From the UHGV virus genome UHGV-0110765: a DNA stretch of 46,041 nt. One strand, written 5' to 3'. Both the position numbers and the translations under genes were made by a program. The notes under the pieces are model-generated. The model saw nothing but the letters and a program-made list of their open reading frames with translations, ran no database searches and was not told where the DNA came from. This document shows, in pieces, positions 1 to 9,689 of the stretch (the stretch's first letter is position 1; each line of letters starts with the position of its first letter). The stretch is from a virus.

Positions 1-54
1 TAATTTGTCTAACAATTCTATCGGGCTTTTTTGTTGTTCCCTCTTACAATATTA

Positions 55-83
55 ATATTACCATCTTTGAGAAAAATATGCAA
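55..83 (-). promoter_or_regulatory. sigma-A promoter, probably driving the early block across the window junction
   Basis: Minus strand TTGCAT-17bp-TAATAT with extended TG; A-rich UP element upstream. Confidence 0.7.
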
Positions 84-254
84 TACTTTTTTTAAAAAAT
101 TTTTAATTTTTTATCATATTTTTTGAATCACTAGCATATAATACAAGTCAAAAACCAACTCTAGTTAAGTAGTCCCAACGGTTGGCGTGATTCGTTCCCA
201 CTTTTTCCTTCTATTATATGTAATATACAAAGGACTATATAGCTCTTAAGGTAG

Positions 255-309
255 TGATAGTGAATATCATTTGTTATTGATATTATACATTAATTGATAA
301 GTATTCTCA
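255..309. promoter_or_regulatory. two Fur-box-like palindromes
   Basis: TGATAGTGAATATCA (255-269) and TGATAAGTATTCTCA (295-309), each 12/14 to TGATAATnATTATCA. Confidence 0.55.
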
Positions 310-681
310 ATTGATTTTTGTTTTCAGTTGAAAAATTTTATCGGTGAAAAATTTTGGGGAAAAAATTTGGGAAGTTTTGTTGTTTTGTTTTTATTTTATT
401 TGTGGTGTGTGTTTCCCCCAATATCCCAAATACCCAAAAAACCAAATAAGTATATATGATGTATATAATATATTATGTGTATGTACGGTGTATGGATGCA
501 TGACATGTTCGTTATGTTATTATATAATATTAATATTATTAATTAATATACTGCATGTGAGTGCTACTTCGTAGCATACTGTCGTATTTGGTGATGCTGT
601 TCTGCTTTCGTGAGAGCCATTTTAAGGCTAATGGAGAAGGCTCGTGGTGTGATAGCCTAACCAAGTTCAGACTCTCTCAAG

Positions 682-800
682 CTCATTCAACTTCATTCAA
701 CTTCATTCAACTTTACCAGCCTCACCCAAGTTCACTCAACTTCATTCAACTTCACTACCTCAACCTCATTCAACTTCATTCAACTTCAGCCAACTTCAAC
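682..800. repeat. degenerate tandem repeat of CTTCATTCAA/CTTCA units
   Basis: gctcattcaa cttcattcaa cttcattcaa ... cttcattcaacttca repeated through about 120 bp. Confidence 0.85.
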
Positions 801-812
801 ATGGATATCCTC

Positions 813-846
813 AAATAAAATAGAGTAGCCTTTATATGGCTACCCT
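813..846 (-). terminator. rho-independent terminator ending the replication operon
   Basis: Minus strand GGGTAGCC-ATATAAA-GGCTACTC followed by TATTTTATTT. Confidence 0.75.
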
Positions 847-850
847 TGTT

Positions 851-1054
851 CTAATCTAGTCCAAATATTCTAGTGTAGATTCTTGTTCCTAGCTTCTCTC
901 CAAGTTCATCTATTAGTATGTCCTCTATACTGTCTAAAACCTCTTGTGCTTCATGTAGTTCTTGCTCAAGGAATTTAACTTCATCCTTTAGTTCTTCATT
1001 CTCTCTGTGTAAATCGCATAGTTCTTCTCTTAATATTTCTAATCTTTCGTTCAT
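851..1054 (-). CDS. acidic coiled-coil hypothetical protein
   Basis: ORF with AAGGAG RBS and heptad pattern. Confidence 0.75.
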   Translation of the reverse strand: MNERLEILREELCDLHRENEELKDEVKFLEQELHEAQEVLDSIEDILIDELGEKLGTRIYTRIFGLD

Positions 1055-1067
1055 TCGCTTTTCTCCT

Positions 1068-1259
1068 TTAGTTACCTAACCATGCATTCATAGTAGCTAA
1101 TGTACTGTAAGGATACTCAAGTTTTCTCCTGTTAGAGTAGTCCTCGTCATTCTCCTTTAAGTACATATCAGCCACATAATCAATGGTTGGTGTATTATAT
1201 ATTTCTAGTATTTTATTATATTCTTCTGATTCTCTTAAAAACTCTTTATACATTATCAT
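1068..1259 (-). CDS. hypothetical protein
   Basis: ORF with GGGGGAA RBS in operon. Confidence 0.7.
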   Translation of the reverse strand: MIMYKEFLRESEEYNKILEIYNTPTIDYVADMYLKENDEDYSNRRKLEYPYSTLATMNAWLGN

Positions 1260-1312
1260 TTTATTATTCCCCCATAAATTTAATTACAAGGGAATAGGTG
1301 AGAGTATTTCTG

Positions 1313-1747
1313 TTATGCTGTCATAACTTTTATATAGTTCACTATGTATTCTAGTGTATATTCCTCTAATATATCAGAGCCTAATTCATCTTGTAAATTG
1401 TCAAACCAATCAAGTGGATTTAATGCTATATCCTCTAAATTCTCTATTAATTCTACTAATCTAGAAGGTGAAGATAGTTGTTCCATAGTCTCTCTATCTT
1501 TTCCTGATTCATATATTGCCATGTATACAACTAAATCTAATATTGTATCTTCTATTGATTCAGCTACTTTAGGCTCATTCTGCTTTAGTGCCAACTGCTC
1601 TATTCTATGTATCTTATCAGCCATTCTAACAAGGTCTGCCTTCTCCCCAAGGATTAACCTAGTCTTGTCCACCGAATTACCGTAGTCTCTGTTCTTTTGT
1701 AAGTAAGTTAAAGTTCTATCGTATACAAATTTATTTATATTCTTCAT
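1313..1747 (-). CDS. DUF1599 / nucleotide-modification-associated domain 1 (Nmad1) protein
   Basis: Motifs KNRDYGNS, RMADKIHR, ESIEDTILDLVVY. Confidence 0.75.
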   Translation of the reverse strand: MKNINKFVYDRTLTYLQKNRDYGNSVDKTRLILGEKADLVRMADKIHRIEQLALKQNEPKVAESIEDTILDLVVYMAIYESGKDRETMEQLSSPSRLVELIENLEDIALNPLDWFDNLQDELGSDILEEYTLEYIVNYIKVMTA

Positions 1748-1771
1748 ATGTTTTCCCCCAATTAATTAATA

Positions 1772-1996
1772 TTAAACTAATTTTAGTTTATGTAATTTCT
1801 CTGATAATTTTCTTTGTAAGTACAACATATCAGCTATTGCATGAAAAGAGCTTCTCTGCTCCTCGGCTGTCCATTTAGATGCATCATTTACGTCATCTAA
1901 CCTGCTAGATAACTCTTCCATATCTTCTACTATCTCTAACATTGCTTGTAGTTGCATCTCATACTCTTCAATACAAGCTAACCACTCTCTATACAT
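1772..1996 (-). CDS. hypothetical protein
   Basis: ORF overlapping the dUTPase stop, AAGGAGG RBS. Confidence 0.7.
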   Translation of the reverse strand: MYREWLACIEEYEMQLQAMLEIVEDMEELSSRLDDVNDASKWTAEEQRSSFHAIADMLYLQRKLSEKLHKLKLV

Positions 1997-2498
1997 TAGC
2001 TACCTCCTTGTCTGTTGAGCCATAACCTGACCTATCAGCGTTACCTAATGTAAGAACTTCTTCTATGTCGTGTGCTTCCATATTGCTCATTACTCTAAAT
2101 TGTAAGTAATCTTCACCTAAAGTTATGTAACCATCTCTAGTAGCGTACATCATTGCCATCCACTCATCTGTATCTCCACAATAGTCATGGTCAATTATCC
2201 CTACACTATTAGTCATTATTAATCCTGTCTTCCTAAATGTAGAAGACCTTGGTAGTAATTCACCGTATGTACCTTCAGGAAGTTCCATAGCTAATCCTGT
2301 ATGAAGTATAACTACATCTCCTTTAGCGTAGGCTACTTGCTTTTGAGATTTACTACTTGTTATGTGATTGTATGAAGTGTCATCTTGTCCAACAATCTCA
2401 ACTACAGGTACAGCTAAATCTATGTAAGCTGATTTATTTACATCCCCTTTTCTAGTAGGTATCTTTGCATCTGAAAATAATTTTTTAACTTTTATCAT
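1989..2498 (-). CDS. dut: trimeric dUTPase
   Basis: Motifs PRSS, GIIDHDYCG, RSGYGST. Confidence 0.92.
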   Translation of the reverse strand: MIKVKKLFSDAKIPTRKGDVNKSAYIDLAVPVVEIVGQDDTSYNHITSSKSQKQVAYAKGDVVILHTGLAMELPEGTYGELLPRSSTFRKTGLIMTNSVGIIDHDYCGDTDEWMAMMYATRDGYITLGEDYLQFRVMSNMEAHDIEEVLTLGNADRSGYGSTDKEVANV

Positions 2499-2499
2499 T

Positions 2500-2859
2500 T
2501 TATAAATCCCCCTTATATAAATGTTTGTAAATTGTATCTGCTACTGAATGTGATGGTTTAACTAGCTTGATTCCTTCTTCATCATATAAATCAAAGTAAT
2601 CTTTTACTATGTGCTGATAAACCATATGTACAGCTTTACACTTCCTTAACTCACCCGCACTAGTCATACCGTAGTAAGTATCTTGTGCTTCATTGTACCA
2701 TATTCTTATTTGTGAGCCTTCACCTGTTTCAGAATCTGCTCCCCACACGAATATGTGAGCTAGTTCACCTTCTTTTAACCACTTAAGGCATTTGTTTACT
2801 TTCTTTCTAAATGAATATTCTTCTGTTAATAGTGATTCCATAAGTTGTACTGATTTCAT
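2500..2859 (-). CDS. hypothetical protein
   Basis: ORF with AGGAGG RBS after promoter. Confidence 0.75.
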   Translation of the reverse strand: MKSVQLMESLLTEEYSFRKKVNKCLKWLKEGELAHIFVWGADSETGEGSQIRIWYNEAQDTYYGMTSAGELRKCKAVHMVYQHIVKDYFDLYDEEGIKLVKPSHSVADTIYKHLYKGDL

Positions 2860-2883
2860 TTGTATTCCTCCTTTACACTATTA

Positions 2884-2912
2884 ATATTACCATCTTTTGA
2901 GTTGGCTGTCAA
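2884..2912 (-). promoter_or_regulatory. sigma-A promoter overlapping the methylase 3' end
   Basis: TTGACA-17bp-TAATAT with extended TG. Confidence 0.75.
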
Positions 2913-3693
2913 CTATTTTGGAAAAATTTATTAAATTATCTATTCTAGGTTTTATTATTTCTTCTATATAATCATTATTTAATTCAGTAGCTATATAATT
3001 TCTATTGTTATTTATACAAGATAGTATTTCGCTACCACTTCCTGCGAATGGAATATATATTAGGTCATTTTCATTGGATGAAGATTTTATTATCCTATCA
3101 CACAATCCTTGTGCTTTTACAGTTGGGAAATTACTTCCATCACTTAATTTAAACCTTTGTTTTGAACTTTGACTTGCCTCTGTTATATCAATCCAAACAT
3201 CAGAACATCTTTTAAATTCATTTGTTCTCGGTTTACCATTAGCCCCTAAATCTTTTCTATCTGATTTTTCATTTGTATAAGCATTATTCCATGTGTAGTT
3301 TTTAGATTTTGTCATAAAAACCAATTCTTCTCTTGCTTTCATATAACCTTTTGTTGTTCCTCTACCTCTGCTATTTCTTTGAGTTATCCAATTTACTACT
3401 TTTAAATCAGTATTAGTTTCTAAAAAATCTATTACCTTCACTAGTGGGAAACCATTGTTATAGCCCATTACGCCCCACATGTAAAAACTTCCATCTAATT
3501 TCAATATCCTTTCGCACTCCAATGCCCATTGTTTACACCATTCTATATATTCATCAACATTATTCCATATAAAATCAAATTCTCCATATATTTTATAATA
3601 TGGAGGGTCAGCTATAATTAAATCTACACATTCATTAGGTAGAGTTCTCATATACTCCATACAATCTATATTATAAATTTTATTTACTTCCAT
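2887..3693 (-). CDS. N4/N6 DNA methyltransferase, beta class
   Basis: Catalytic DPPY precedes SAM-binding PFAGSGS; FPTVK motif. Confidence 0.9.
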   Translation of the reverse strand: MEVNKIYNIDCMEYMRTLPNECVDLIIADPPYYKIYGEFDFIWNNVDEYIEWCKQWALECERILKLDGSFYMWGVMGYNNGFPLVKVIDFLETNTDLKVVNWITQRNSRGRGTTKGYMKAREELVFMTKSKNYTWNNAYTNEKSDRKDLGANGKPRTNEFKRCSDVWIDITEASQSSKQRFKLSDGSNFPTVKAQGLCDRIIKSSSNENDLIYIPFAGSGSEILSCINNNRNYIATELNNDYIEEIIKPRIDNLINFSKIVDSQLKRW

Positions 3694-3724
3694 TTCTTCC
3701 TCCTATAATTCCCCATAAAATTTA

Positions 3725-4660
3725 TTAAATAATTTTTATTGCATCAAATTCTTCTATTGTTAAATCGTTTATATCCTTCTTACTAACAGGGAACTTTGTG
3801 TTATAGGTAGATATTCCTTTTATGTATGTACATAGATTCTTCCACCCTTCTCTACCAGCTTCATCCCTGTCTAACCCATCAATTAGTCTTCTTACTCCAA
3901 GGGTTTTTAGTATGTGTAGTTGTGCTTTAGATATATGTGAGCCACCTATAGCTACAGCATACTGACCTCTAGACCATACTGTTAGGCAATCTATTTCAGA
4001 TTCACATATCCATACAGGGTCTTCAGGTTGCCATCCTGATTGTAGTAATTCATATGCTCCATAAAGGTATGTAGACTTCTTTGCTCCTGTAGCATTAGCA
4101 AATCTTTTGCCTTGGATGCTCCTTGTCTTGCTACCTATATATTTGTTCTTTAAGTCCCTAACATAGAATACTACCGAGTTAGTCATTTTATCGTACCCTA
4201 CAGGGAATATGTTATGTAGTTTATTTGCATCAACACCTCTACCCTGTAAGTAGTTCCATGCTGGTGCATTTACTTCTATATATGGTGCTATTGTATTATA
4301 TGGTATAAAGCTACTTTGTGTAGTATCCCTATCAATACCGATATCAAGTACCCTACCACCACTATAAATAAAGTGTCCTACTAACTTCCTATAGGCTTGA
4401 CTATATGATATATCGTAACAATCACTAACAAGTGTAACTATATCTCCCTTATAGCCACAAGTGAAGCAATGCACTACACCTGATTCCTTATTTATACCAA
4501 GGGAAGGAGTTTGCTCCATTCCCCCTTTATGTATTGGGCATGTACACATGATATCTGTCTCTAGTTCGTTTACATCCCTTAATAATCCTGTATCCGCTTG
4601 TATCTGCGATACAATGTCTTCGACATCTGCTGATATTACTACTTCTCCAATTTGTAACAT
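3725..4660 (-). CDS. DNA primase (CHC2 zinc finger + TOPRIM)
   Basis: CPIH...HCFTC; ICESEIDC and DRDEAG TOPRIM motifs. Confidence 0.9.
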   Translation of the reverse strand: MLQIGEVVISADVEDIVSQIQADTGLLRDVNELETDIMCTCPIHKGGMEQTPSLGINKESGVVHCFTCGYKGDIVTLVSDCYDISYSQAYRKLVGHFIYSGGRVLDIGIDRDTTQSSFIPYNTIAPYIEVNAPAWNYLQGRGVDANKLHNIFPVGYDKMTNSVVFYVRDLKNKYIGSKTRSIQGKRFANATGAKKSTYLYGAYELLQSGWQPEDPVWICESEIDCLTVWSRGQYAVAIGGSHISKAQLHILKTLGVRRLIDGLDRDEAGREGWKNLCTYIKGISTYNTKFPVSKKDINDLTIEEFDAIKII

Positions 4661-4679
4661 AACTCAATTTCCCCCTATG

Positions 4680-4829
4680 TTAAAGTATATCGGCTATTAA
4701 TAGCAACATACCTAATATTGCCATAAACACAAAGTATATACTCCAAGTTATTTGGAATATAATATTGTTATTAAACAATAAAGCTATTGCTAGTGTTGAC
4801 GCTAAATACATGACTGACCCTATTATCAT
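4680..4829 (-). CDS. small membrane protein (49 aa, not in ORF track)
   Basis: MIIGSVMYLASTLAIALL..., TAATG coupling to nrdG, two hydrophobic segments. Confidence 0.5.
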   Translation of the reverse strand: MIIGSVMYLASTLAIALLFNNNIIFQITWSIYFVFMAILGMLLLIADIL

Positions 4830-5287
4830 TAGAAATACCATATCATCTGATTAGATGACCCTCTCCACTCTAGTGTACTATCCTTTAGTTCTTCTTCATA
4901 TCTACCATCTACCATAACATCTATATAGTCGAATATTTCCATCTTGCCTTGGTCAACTAACTCGTCATAGTAGTAACCTGTATATAACCAAATGTTTAGG
5001 TCAGGTATTTCCTCTTTTAAGCGTTTACATAGCTGTAATACTTCTTCGTAGTTGTAGTCTGTTAGTGGCTCACCACCTATTATAGTTAGTCCTCTTTTTA
5101 CACCTGTAGTTAGTGCATCCACTAAATATCCATAAGTCTTGTTAGTGAATAACTTACCATTATTTCTGTTCCATGATTGTGGGTTGTGGCATCCCTTACA
5201 TTTATGTTCACATCCACTTACCCATAGGCTCACTCTTAAGCCTTCTCCATTGTTTATGTCTGATGTTTTAATGTCTAAATATCGCAT
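4829..5287 (-). CDS. nrdG: anaerobic ribonucleotide reductase activase (radical SAM)
   Basis: GCEHKCKGC, GGEPL, RGSSNQ. Confidence 0.95.
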   Translation of the reverse strand: MRYLDIKTSDINNGEGLRVSLWVSGCEHKCKGCHNPQSWNRNNGKLFTNKTYGYLVDALTTGVKRGLTIIGGEPLTDYNYEEVLQLCKRLKEEIPDLNIWLYTGYYYDELVDQGKMEIFDYIDVMVDGRYEEELKDSTLEWRGSSNQMIWYF

Positions 5288-5374
5288 TATTATTCCCCCA
5301 TTTGTATAAATTTATACCTCTGATACTATATTAACATCAGAGGCAATTTTTGTAAAGTATTATTTCATTAAATT

Positions 5375-7471
5375 TTAGTTAAAGTGGTCTACCCTTTTTG
5401 AGATTTCGTCATACTTTCCTCTATTGACCATATTCTCACCCGTATCTGTAGAAGTATAACCAAGGTATCCACATATTCTATTTATTGATAATATGTTTGT
5501 GCTTCCACACTTTGGACAAGTTCCCTCTATCTCGTCTTGGTGTCCACACCCTAAACAAGTATCAAGTTGTAGGTTTATACCATAATATAATCCAAGAGAC
5601 ATTGCATATCTAACACAATCCATTATAGCCTTTTTGTTTTTAGTGTGTGGGTATTCATTATAAACTATTCTACCACCTGTAGCTATATTGAACATTGGAA
5701 GTTCTAAACGCATCTTTTGGTCAACATCTAATTTAGCATTAACATCCATATGGAAGCTGTTAGTGTAGTATGCTTTATCAGTTACACCATCTATTACACC
5801 GAACTCTTCCTTGTCGTGTTCTAGGAACTTATAGCATAAACTTTCAGCAGGTGTAGAATACATTGCTAATCTTAATCCTGTTTCCTCTTTAGCTTTTTGT
5901 ATTAATCCATCTATATGTTCTAGTATATGTACTCCTAAACCATGATTCTCGTGTAATTGTAGTCCTGTTAGAGCCTTTACAGTTTCATCTAGACCTATAT
6001 ATCCTATAGACCAAGTGAAAGTGTCTATAGCCTTTTCTATCGTGTCCTCATAGTCTAATTGGATATGACATCCACCATGTACAAAGAATAATGGATTAGT
6101 TTTAGCTTTAACTTTTTTCATTCTGTTATATGTGAATAGATGTACCTTCATTGCCTTATGGAAGTTCTCATCTATTAACTTGAAGAACTTAATTAAATCA
6201 CCTTCAGCCTTTAATGCAAATCTTGGTAAGTTTAATGTTACTGCTCCACAGTTTCCTCTACCTAGGAATACAGACTCTCCTTCTTCATTTTTATATTCTG
6301 AAAGGAACGCTCTACATCCCATTGGAGATATAGCTTTACCTGTTCTGCTGTAAACTTCTCCAAGGTATCCTTCATCTAATGATAAATAGTCAGGATACAT
6401 ACATTTACTCGAAGTTTGTATAGCTTCAGAGAATATATGCTCATTCTCCATACCTTCTCCATGTAACTTATCAGTATATAGGAATACTAATTTAGGGAAT
6501 ACAGCTGGAACTCCTGTAGTACCTAATCCTGCTCTCCTAACTTGTAGTATAGCTTTTGATACCATTTGACCAAACTTACTTGTATCTAGTCCAAATGTAA
6601 ATGTTATAAATGTATTATTAACCATATGTAATGAATGCTCTATAGACTCCATACCTTGTACTAAATCTTTCCAAGTCATTTCATTAGCAAACTCGTCTGC
6701 ATCTATATCTGACCCTGATACCATCTCATAGTAGTTTACCCAAGTCTTCTTAACATATGGAGCAAGTATTGTATCTATTTCAGGAACAGTAAAACCACCA
6801 TATTGTTGTAATCTAGCACTATTCATTACATCCTCTAACATAGAACAAGCTGTACGGATGCTGTTAGGCTCTTTGTAGCTAACTCCTTTATATGTAAAGC
6901 CACCCTTTAATACTTTCCCCATATCGAATAGGCAACAGTTTATAGAGTTGTATAGTCTGTCTCTTAAGTCATGTATGTATATGTCCCCATCTTTATGTGC
7001 TTGTGATGCATCTTTAGGTAGTTCATAGTCTAACATATTTCTAACAGAGAATATTTCTCCTGACATAACTTTTTGAGCATCTATTAAGTAACTATCTCTA
7101 TTAGCATTTTCTGTATCTCCTGCATGAAGTAATTGCTCTGTATCCCTTAACATCTCCTCAAAGTGTTCCTTCATTTGCTTTTTATATCCTCTAAAAGAGT
7201 TGTATTCTTTAGCTAGTGCAGGATTGAATTCATATAATGCTAGTTCAACTTCTTCGTGTAGTTCTGATACATATATATGAGTTATTCCTCCTGCTGGAAC
7301 ATTCTTTAATATTCTCTTCATTACGAATTTAACTATCTTATTCTTTTGTATATCGTCTAATTCTACATTACTTCTTAATGCTGTCTTTTCTATAGCCTTT
7401 ATTATCTTATTACCATTGAATACTTCTGTAGTCGAATCCTTCTTTATAACTTTTATCTGTTCGTTTACCAT
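5375..7471 (-). CDS. nrdD: class III anaerobic ribonucleoside-triphosphate reductase with N-terminal ATP cone
   Basis: IHDL, NCC, MGCR, TPAES, YYTNS, CxxC-CxxC, glycyl radical RICGYL; start moved to ATG 7471 behind GGGGG RBS. Confidence 0.96.
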   Translation of the reverse strand: MVNEQIKVIKKDSTTEVFNGNKIIKAIEKTALRSNVELDDIQKNKIVKFVMKRILKNVPAGGITHIYVSELHEEVELALYEFNPALAKEYNSFRGYKKQMKEHFEEMLRDTEQLLHAGDTENANRDSYLIDAQKVMSGEIFSVRNMLDYELPKDASQAHKDGDIYIHDLRDRLYNSINCCLFDMGKVLKGGFTYKGVSYKEPNSIRTACSMLEDVMNSARLQQYGGFTVPEIDTILAPYVKKTWVNYYEMVSGSDIDADEFANEMTWKDLVQGMESIEHSLHMVNNTFITFTFGLDTSKFGQMVSKAILQVRRAGLGTTGVPAVFPKLVFLYTDKLHGEGMENEHIFSEAIQTSSKCMYPDYLSLDEGYLGEVYSRTGKAISPMGCRAFLSEYKNEEGESVFLGRGNCGAVTLNLPRFALKAEGDLIKFFKLIDENFHKAMKVHLFTYNRMKKVKAKTNPLFFVHGGCHIQLDYEDTIEKAIDTFTWSIGYIGLDETVKALTGLQLHENHGLGVHILEHIDGLIQKAKEETGLRLAMYSTPAESLCYKFLEHDKEEFGVIDGVTDKAYYTNSFHMDVNAKLDVDQKMRLELPMFNIATGGRIVYNEYPHTKNKKAIMDCVRYAMSLGLYYGINLQLDTCLGCGHQDEIEGTCPKCGSTNILSINRICGYLGYTSTDTGENMVNRGKYDEISKRVDHFN

Positions 7472-7472
7472 T

Positions 7473-7682
7473 TTATTTTCCCCCTTTATAAAATTCAATA
7501 ATAGTTTCTGCTAACTTGATAGCATTTTCCGAATTTATACTTACACTTACACTCTCATCAAAATCTCCTTCAGTAAGTTTAATAAATATATCCGACTTAC
7601 TTATAATTATTTCGTATGTATCTGACTTAAAATCTTCACATTTACCTTTTACAACAACTTCATCTAATCTTTTTACTTCCAT
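7473..7682 (-). CDS. hypothetical protein
   Basis: ORF with GGAGG RBS between helicase and nrdD. Confidence 0.65.
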   Translation of the reverse strand: MEVKRLDEVVVKGKCEDFKSDTYEIIISKSDIFIKLTEGDFDESVSVSINSENAIKLAETIIEFYKGGK

Positions 7683-7722
7683 TTTATTTTCCTCCCTAAT
7701 TTAAAGTAGTAAGAATCGGATA

Positions 7723-8979
7723 TTAGAATCCGAATTCTTCTCCCATTTGTTCTAGTTCCTCTTCGTTAAGCATAGGCTCGATTATACCCTTGTCTATATC
7801 CCACTTAAGTAACACATCAACATTTCTACCACCAAATCTATTCTTCTTAAGTGATAACTTCAGGATGCCTGAATCATATTTCAAACTAACAACTCTAGTA
7901 GCATCTTGTACTACAGCATCTGAATACTCTAAATGATGTAGTTGTGGAGCATCCTCTTTAGCTTTCTTATCCTTCTCTGCGTCTCTGTTAGCTTGTGCTA
8001 CAGTTATAAAAGGTATTTGTAGTGCTTTACTAGCTAACATTATGTCTTGTGATATGTTTGCATATCTAGTTGTTTTATTATCAGTCTGCTTTCCATCATC
8101 AAGTAAAGATAATTGGTCTAGGAAAACTATGTCTATATCTAATTCTTTAGCTAGTGCTTCTATTTGTGCTATAGTAGGTTTCTTACCACCAAAGTCTTGT
8201 GGTGTTACTACTGTAAACCCATTACCTTCTGATAGTTTGTATATGTACTCTAAATATTCATCTTGTAGGTCTTCATTACCCATTAACATTGCTGTATTTG
8301 AGATATTTTTATAGAGTGTATCGAATCTGTATCCCATCATAAGAGCAGACATCTCACCAGCATAGTACAGTACCTTCTTACCTGACTTCCATGCTTGTAC
8401 AGCTAAATATTCTGCTATCCATGACTTACCTTCATTAGTTCTAGCAAATAACACTACATGGTCTTCAGGAAGCCACCCAAATGTTGCAGAGTCTAATTCA
8501 GGCACACCTGTAGTTATACCCAATAAACCACCTGCTGAAACTCTATTTTGATAGTCTTGGTATCTTTCTTTAGCACCTGCTACTATATCAGTACCTACGG
8601 ACTTTCTAAATTGTATTGATGACCTAACATCTTGTATTGCTCCCATTATATATTCAGTAGCATCTACAGAGTCCTTTTGCATCTTGTCTCTGAACTTGTT
8701 TACTATAGGCACTACCTTTTGGAATAGTGTTGCTTCCCTTATCTTGTCTGCTAAATATGTAGCACTTTCCTGTACTTCAAATATTGGAAAATCTTTAAAG
8801 TTATTACTGAATGTAACAACATCAGGAACTACACCGTATTGCTCCTTGTGGTTTATTATAAAATCGATATGCTCCTTGTTAGATAAGAAGTATGAAGGCT
8901 CTATACCTTCTTTATTTAGAATGTCTAATGACTTGTCCTTTAATATTTTATTGATAGCTTGAATTTCTACATTATACAT
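7723..8979 (-). CDS. DnaB-like SF4 replicative helicase
   Basis: Walker A ARTNEGKS, GEMS, FLDQL, AQANR, KNRFG; ATG start at 8979. Confidence 0.93.
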   Translation of the reverse strand: MYNVEIQAINKILKDKSLDILNKEGIEPSYFLSNKEHIDFIINHKEQYGVVPDVVTFSNNFKDFPIFEVQESATYLADKIREATLFQKVVPIVNKFRDKMQKDSVDATEYIMGAIQDVRSSIQFRKSVGTDIVAGAKERYQDYQNRVSAGGLLGITTGVPELDSATFGWLPEDHVVLFARTNEGKSWIAEYLAVQAWKSGKKVLYYAGEMSALMMGYRFDTLYKNISNTAMLMGNEDLQDEYLEYIYKLSEGNGFTVVTPQDFGGKKPTIAQIEALAKELDIDIVFLDQLSLLDDGKQTDNKTTRYANISQDIMLASKALQIPFITVAQANRDAEKDKKAKEDAPQLHHLEYSDAVVQDATRVVSLKYDSGILKLSLKKNRFGGRNVDVLLKWDIDKGIIEPMLNEEELEQMGEEFGF

Positions 8980-8997
8980 AACTCGTTCCCCCAATTA

Positions 8998-9666
8998 TTA
9001 TAGTGTTCTTCTGTCTGCACCAACTAATTTTATTTGTTCGGCACTTCTAACTCTAGATTCTATTCTAGACCCTAATCTATCTCCTAACTCGAATGGTGTT
9101 AAGTTAGAAGTATATATAGTAGATAACATATTAGTGTATCTATGATTTATAAGGTCGTATAACCTCTCACAAACGTACTCACTTGGTCGTTCTGCTCCTA
9201 TATCATCTAATATAAGCAACTTACAGTTCATTGCATCCTCTCTTAATCTAGCTATATCCTCACTATACTCTGTATATTGGTTTCTCATTGCTTCAACGAA
9301 TAGAGATACATTCAGGTATAACACCTCATGTTCTAAATCAGATTTTGCAACTACTTTTCTTATGTACTGATTCATTATCTTACTAGACCAAGTAGTTTTA
9401 CCATTACCTGTATTCTCACTATAGATGTATAAGCTGTCTCCATTTTCAACTCTATCAACTACGTTATCTAAATAGTCCTTTAACTTCAGGAATGCTTCCC
9501 TGTCTATTTGTTCAGGTCTTAACGGTATGTTGTATCTATACCTCATTGGTAGGTTAGACTTACGATATAATGTATTCAACTTCCACCAAAAATCACATCT
9601 TTCGGTACATTTAGGTGTACCAAACCCTTTACAATAATCTTTTGCGTAACATTTCTTTATACTCAT
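8998..9666 (-). CDS. DnaC/IstB-like AAA+ helicase loader
   Basis: TGNGKT, LLILDDIGAE, TSNL, RIESR. Confidence 0.9.
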   Translation of the reverse strand: MSIKKCYAKDYCKGFGTPKCTERCDFWWKLNTLYRKSNLPMRYRYNIPLRPEQIDREAFLKLKDYLDNVVDRVENGDSLYIYSENTGNGKTTWSSKIMNQYIRKVVAKSDLEHEVLYLNVSLFVEAMRNQYTEYSEDIARLREDAMNCKLLILDDIGAERPSEYVCERLYDLINHRYTNMLSTIYTSNLTPFELGDRLGSRIESRVRSAEQIKLVGADRRTL

Positions 9667-9689
9667 AACTCACATCTCCTTTATATTTA

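Noticed and set aside
682..800. CRISPR array
   Set aside because: Units are 5-10 bp with no unique spacers
344..818. Plus-strand ORFs of 76 and 85 aa in the left non-coding region
   Set aside because: No RBS; low-complexity translations derived from repeats
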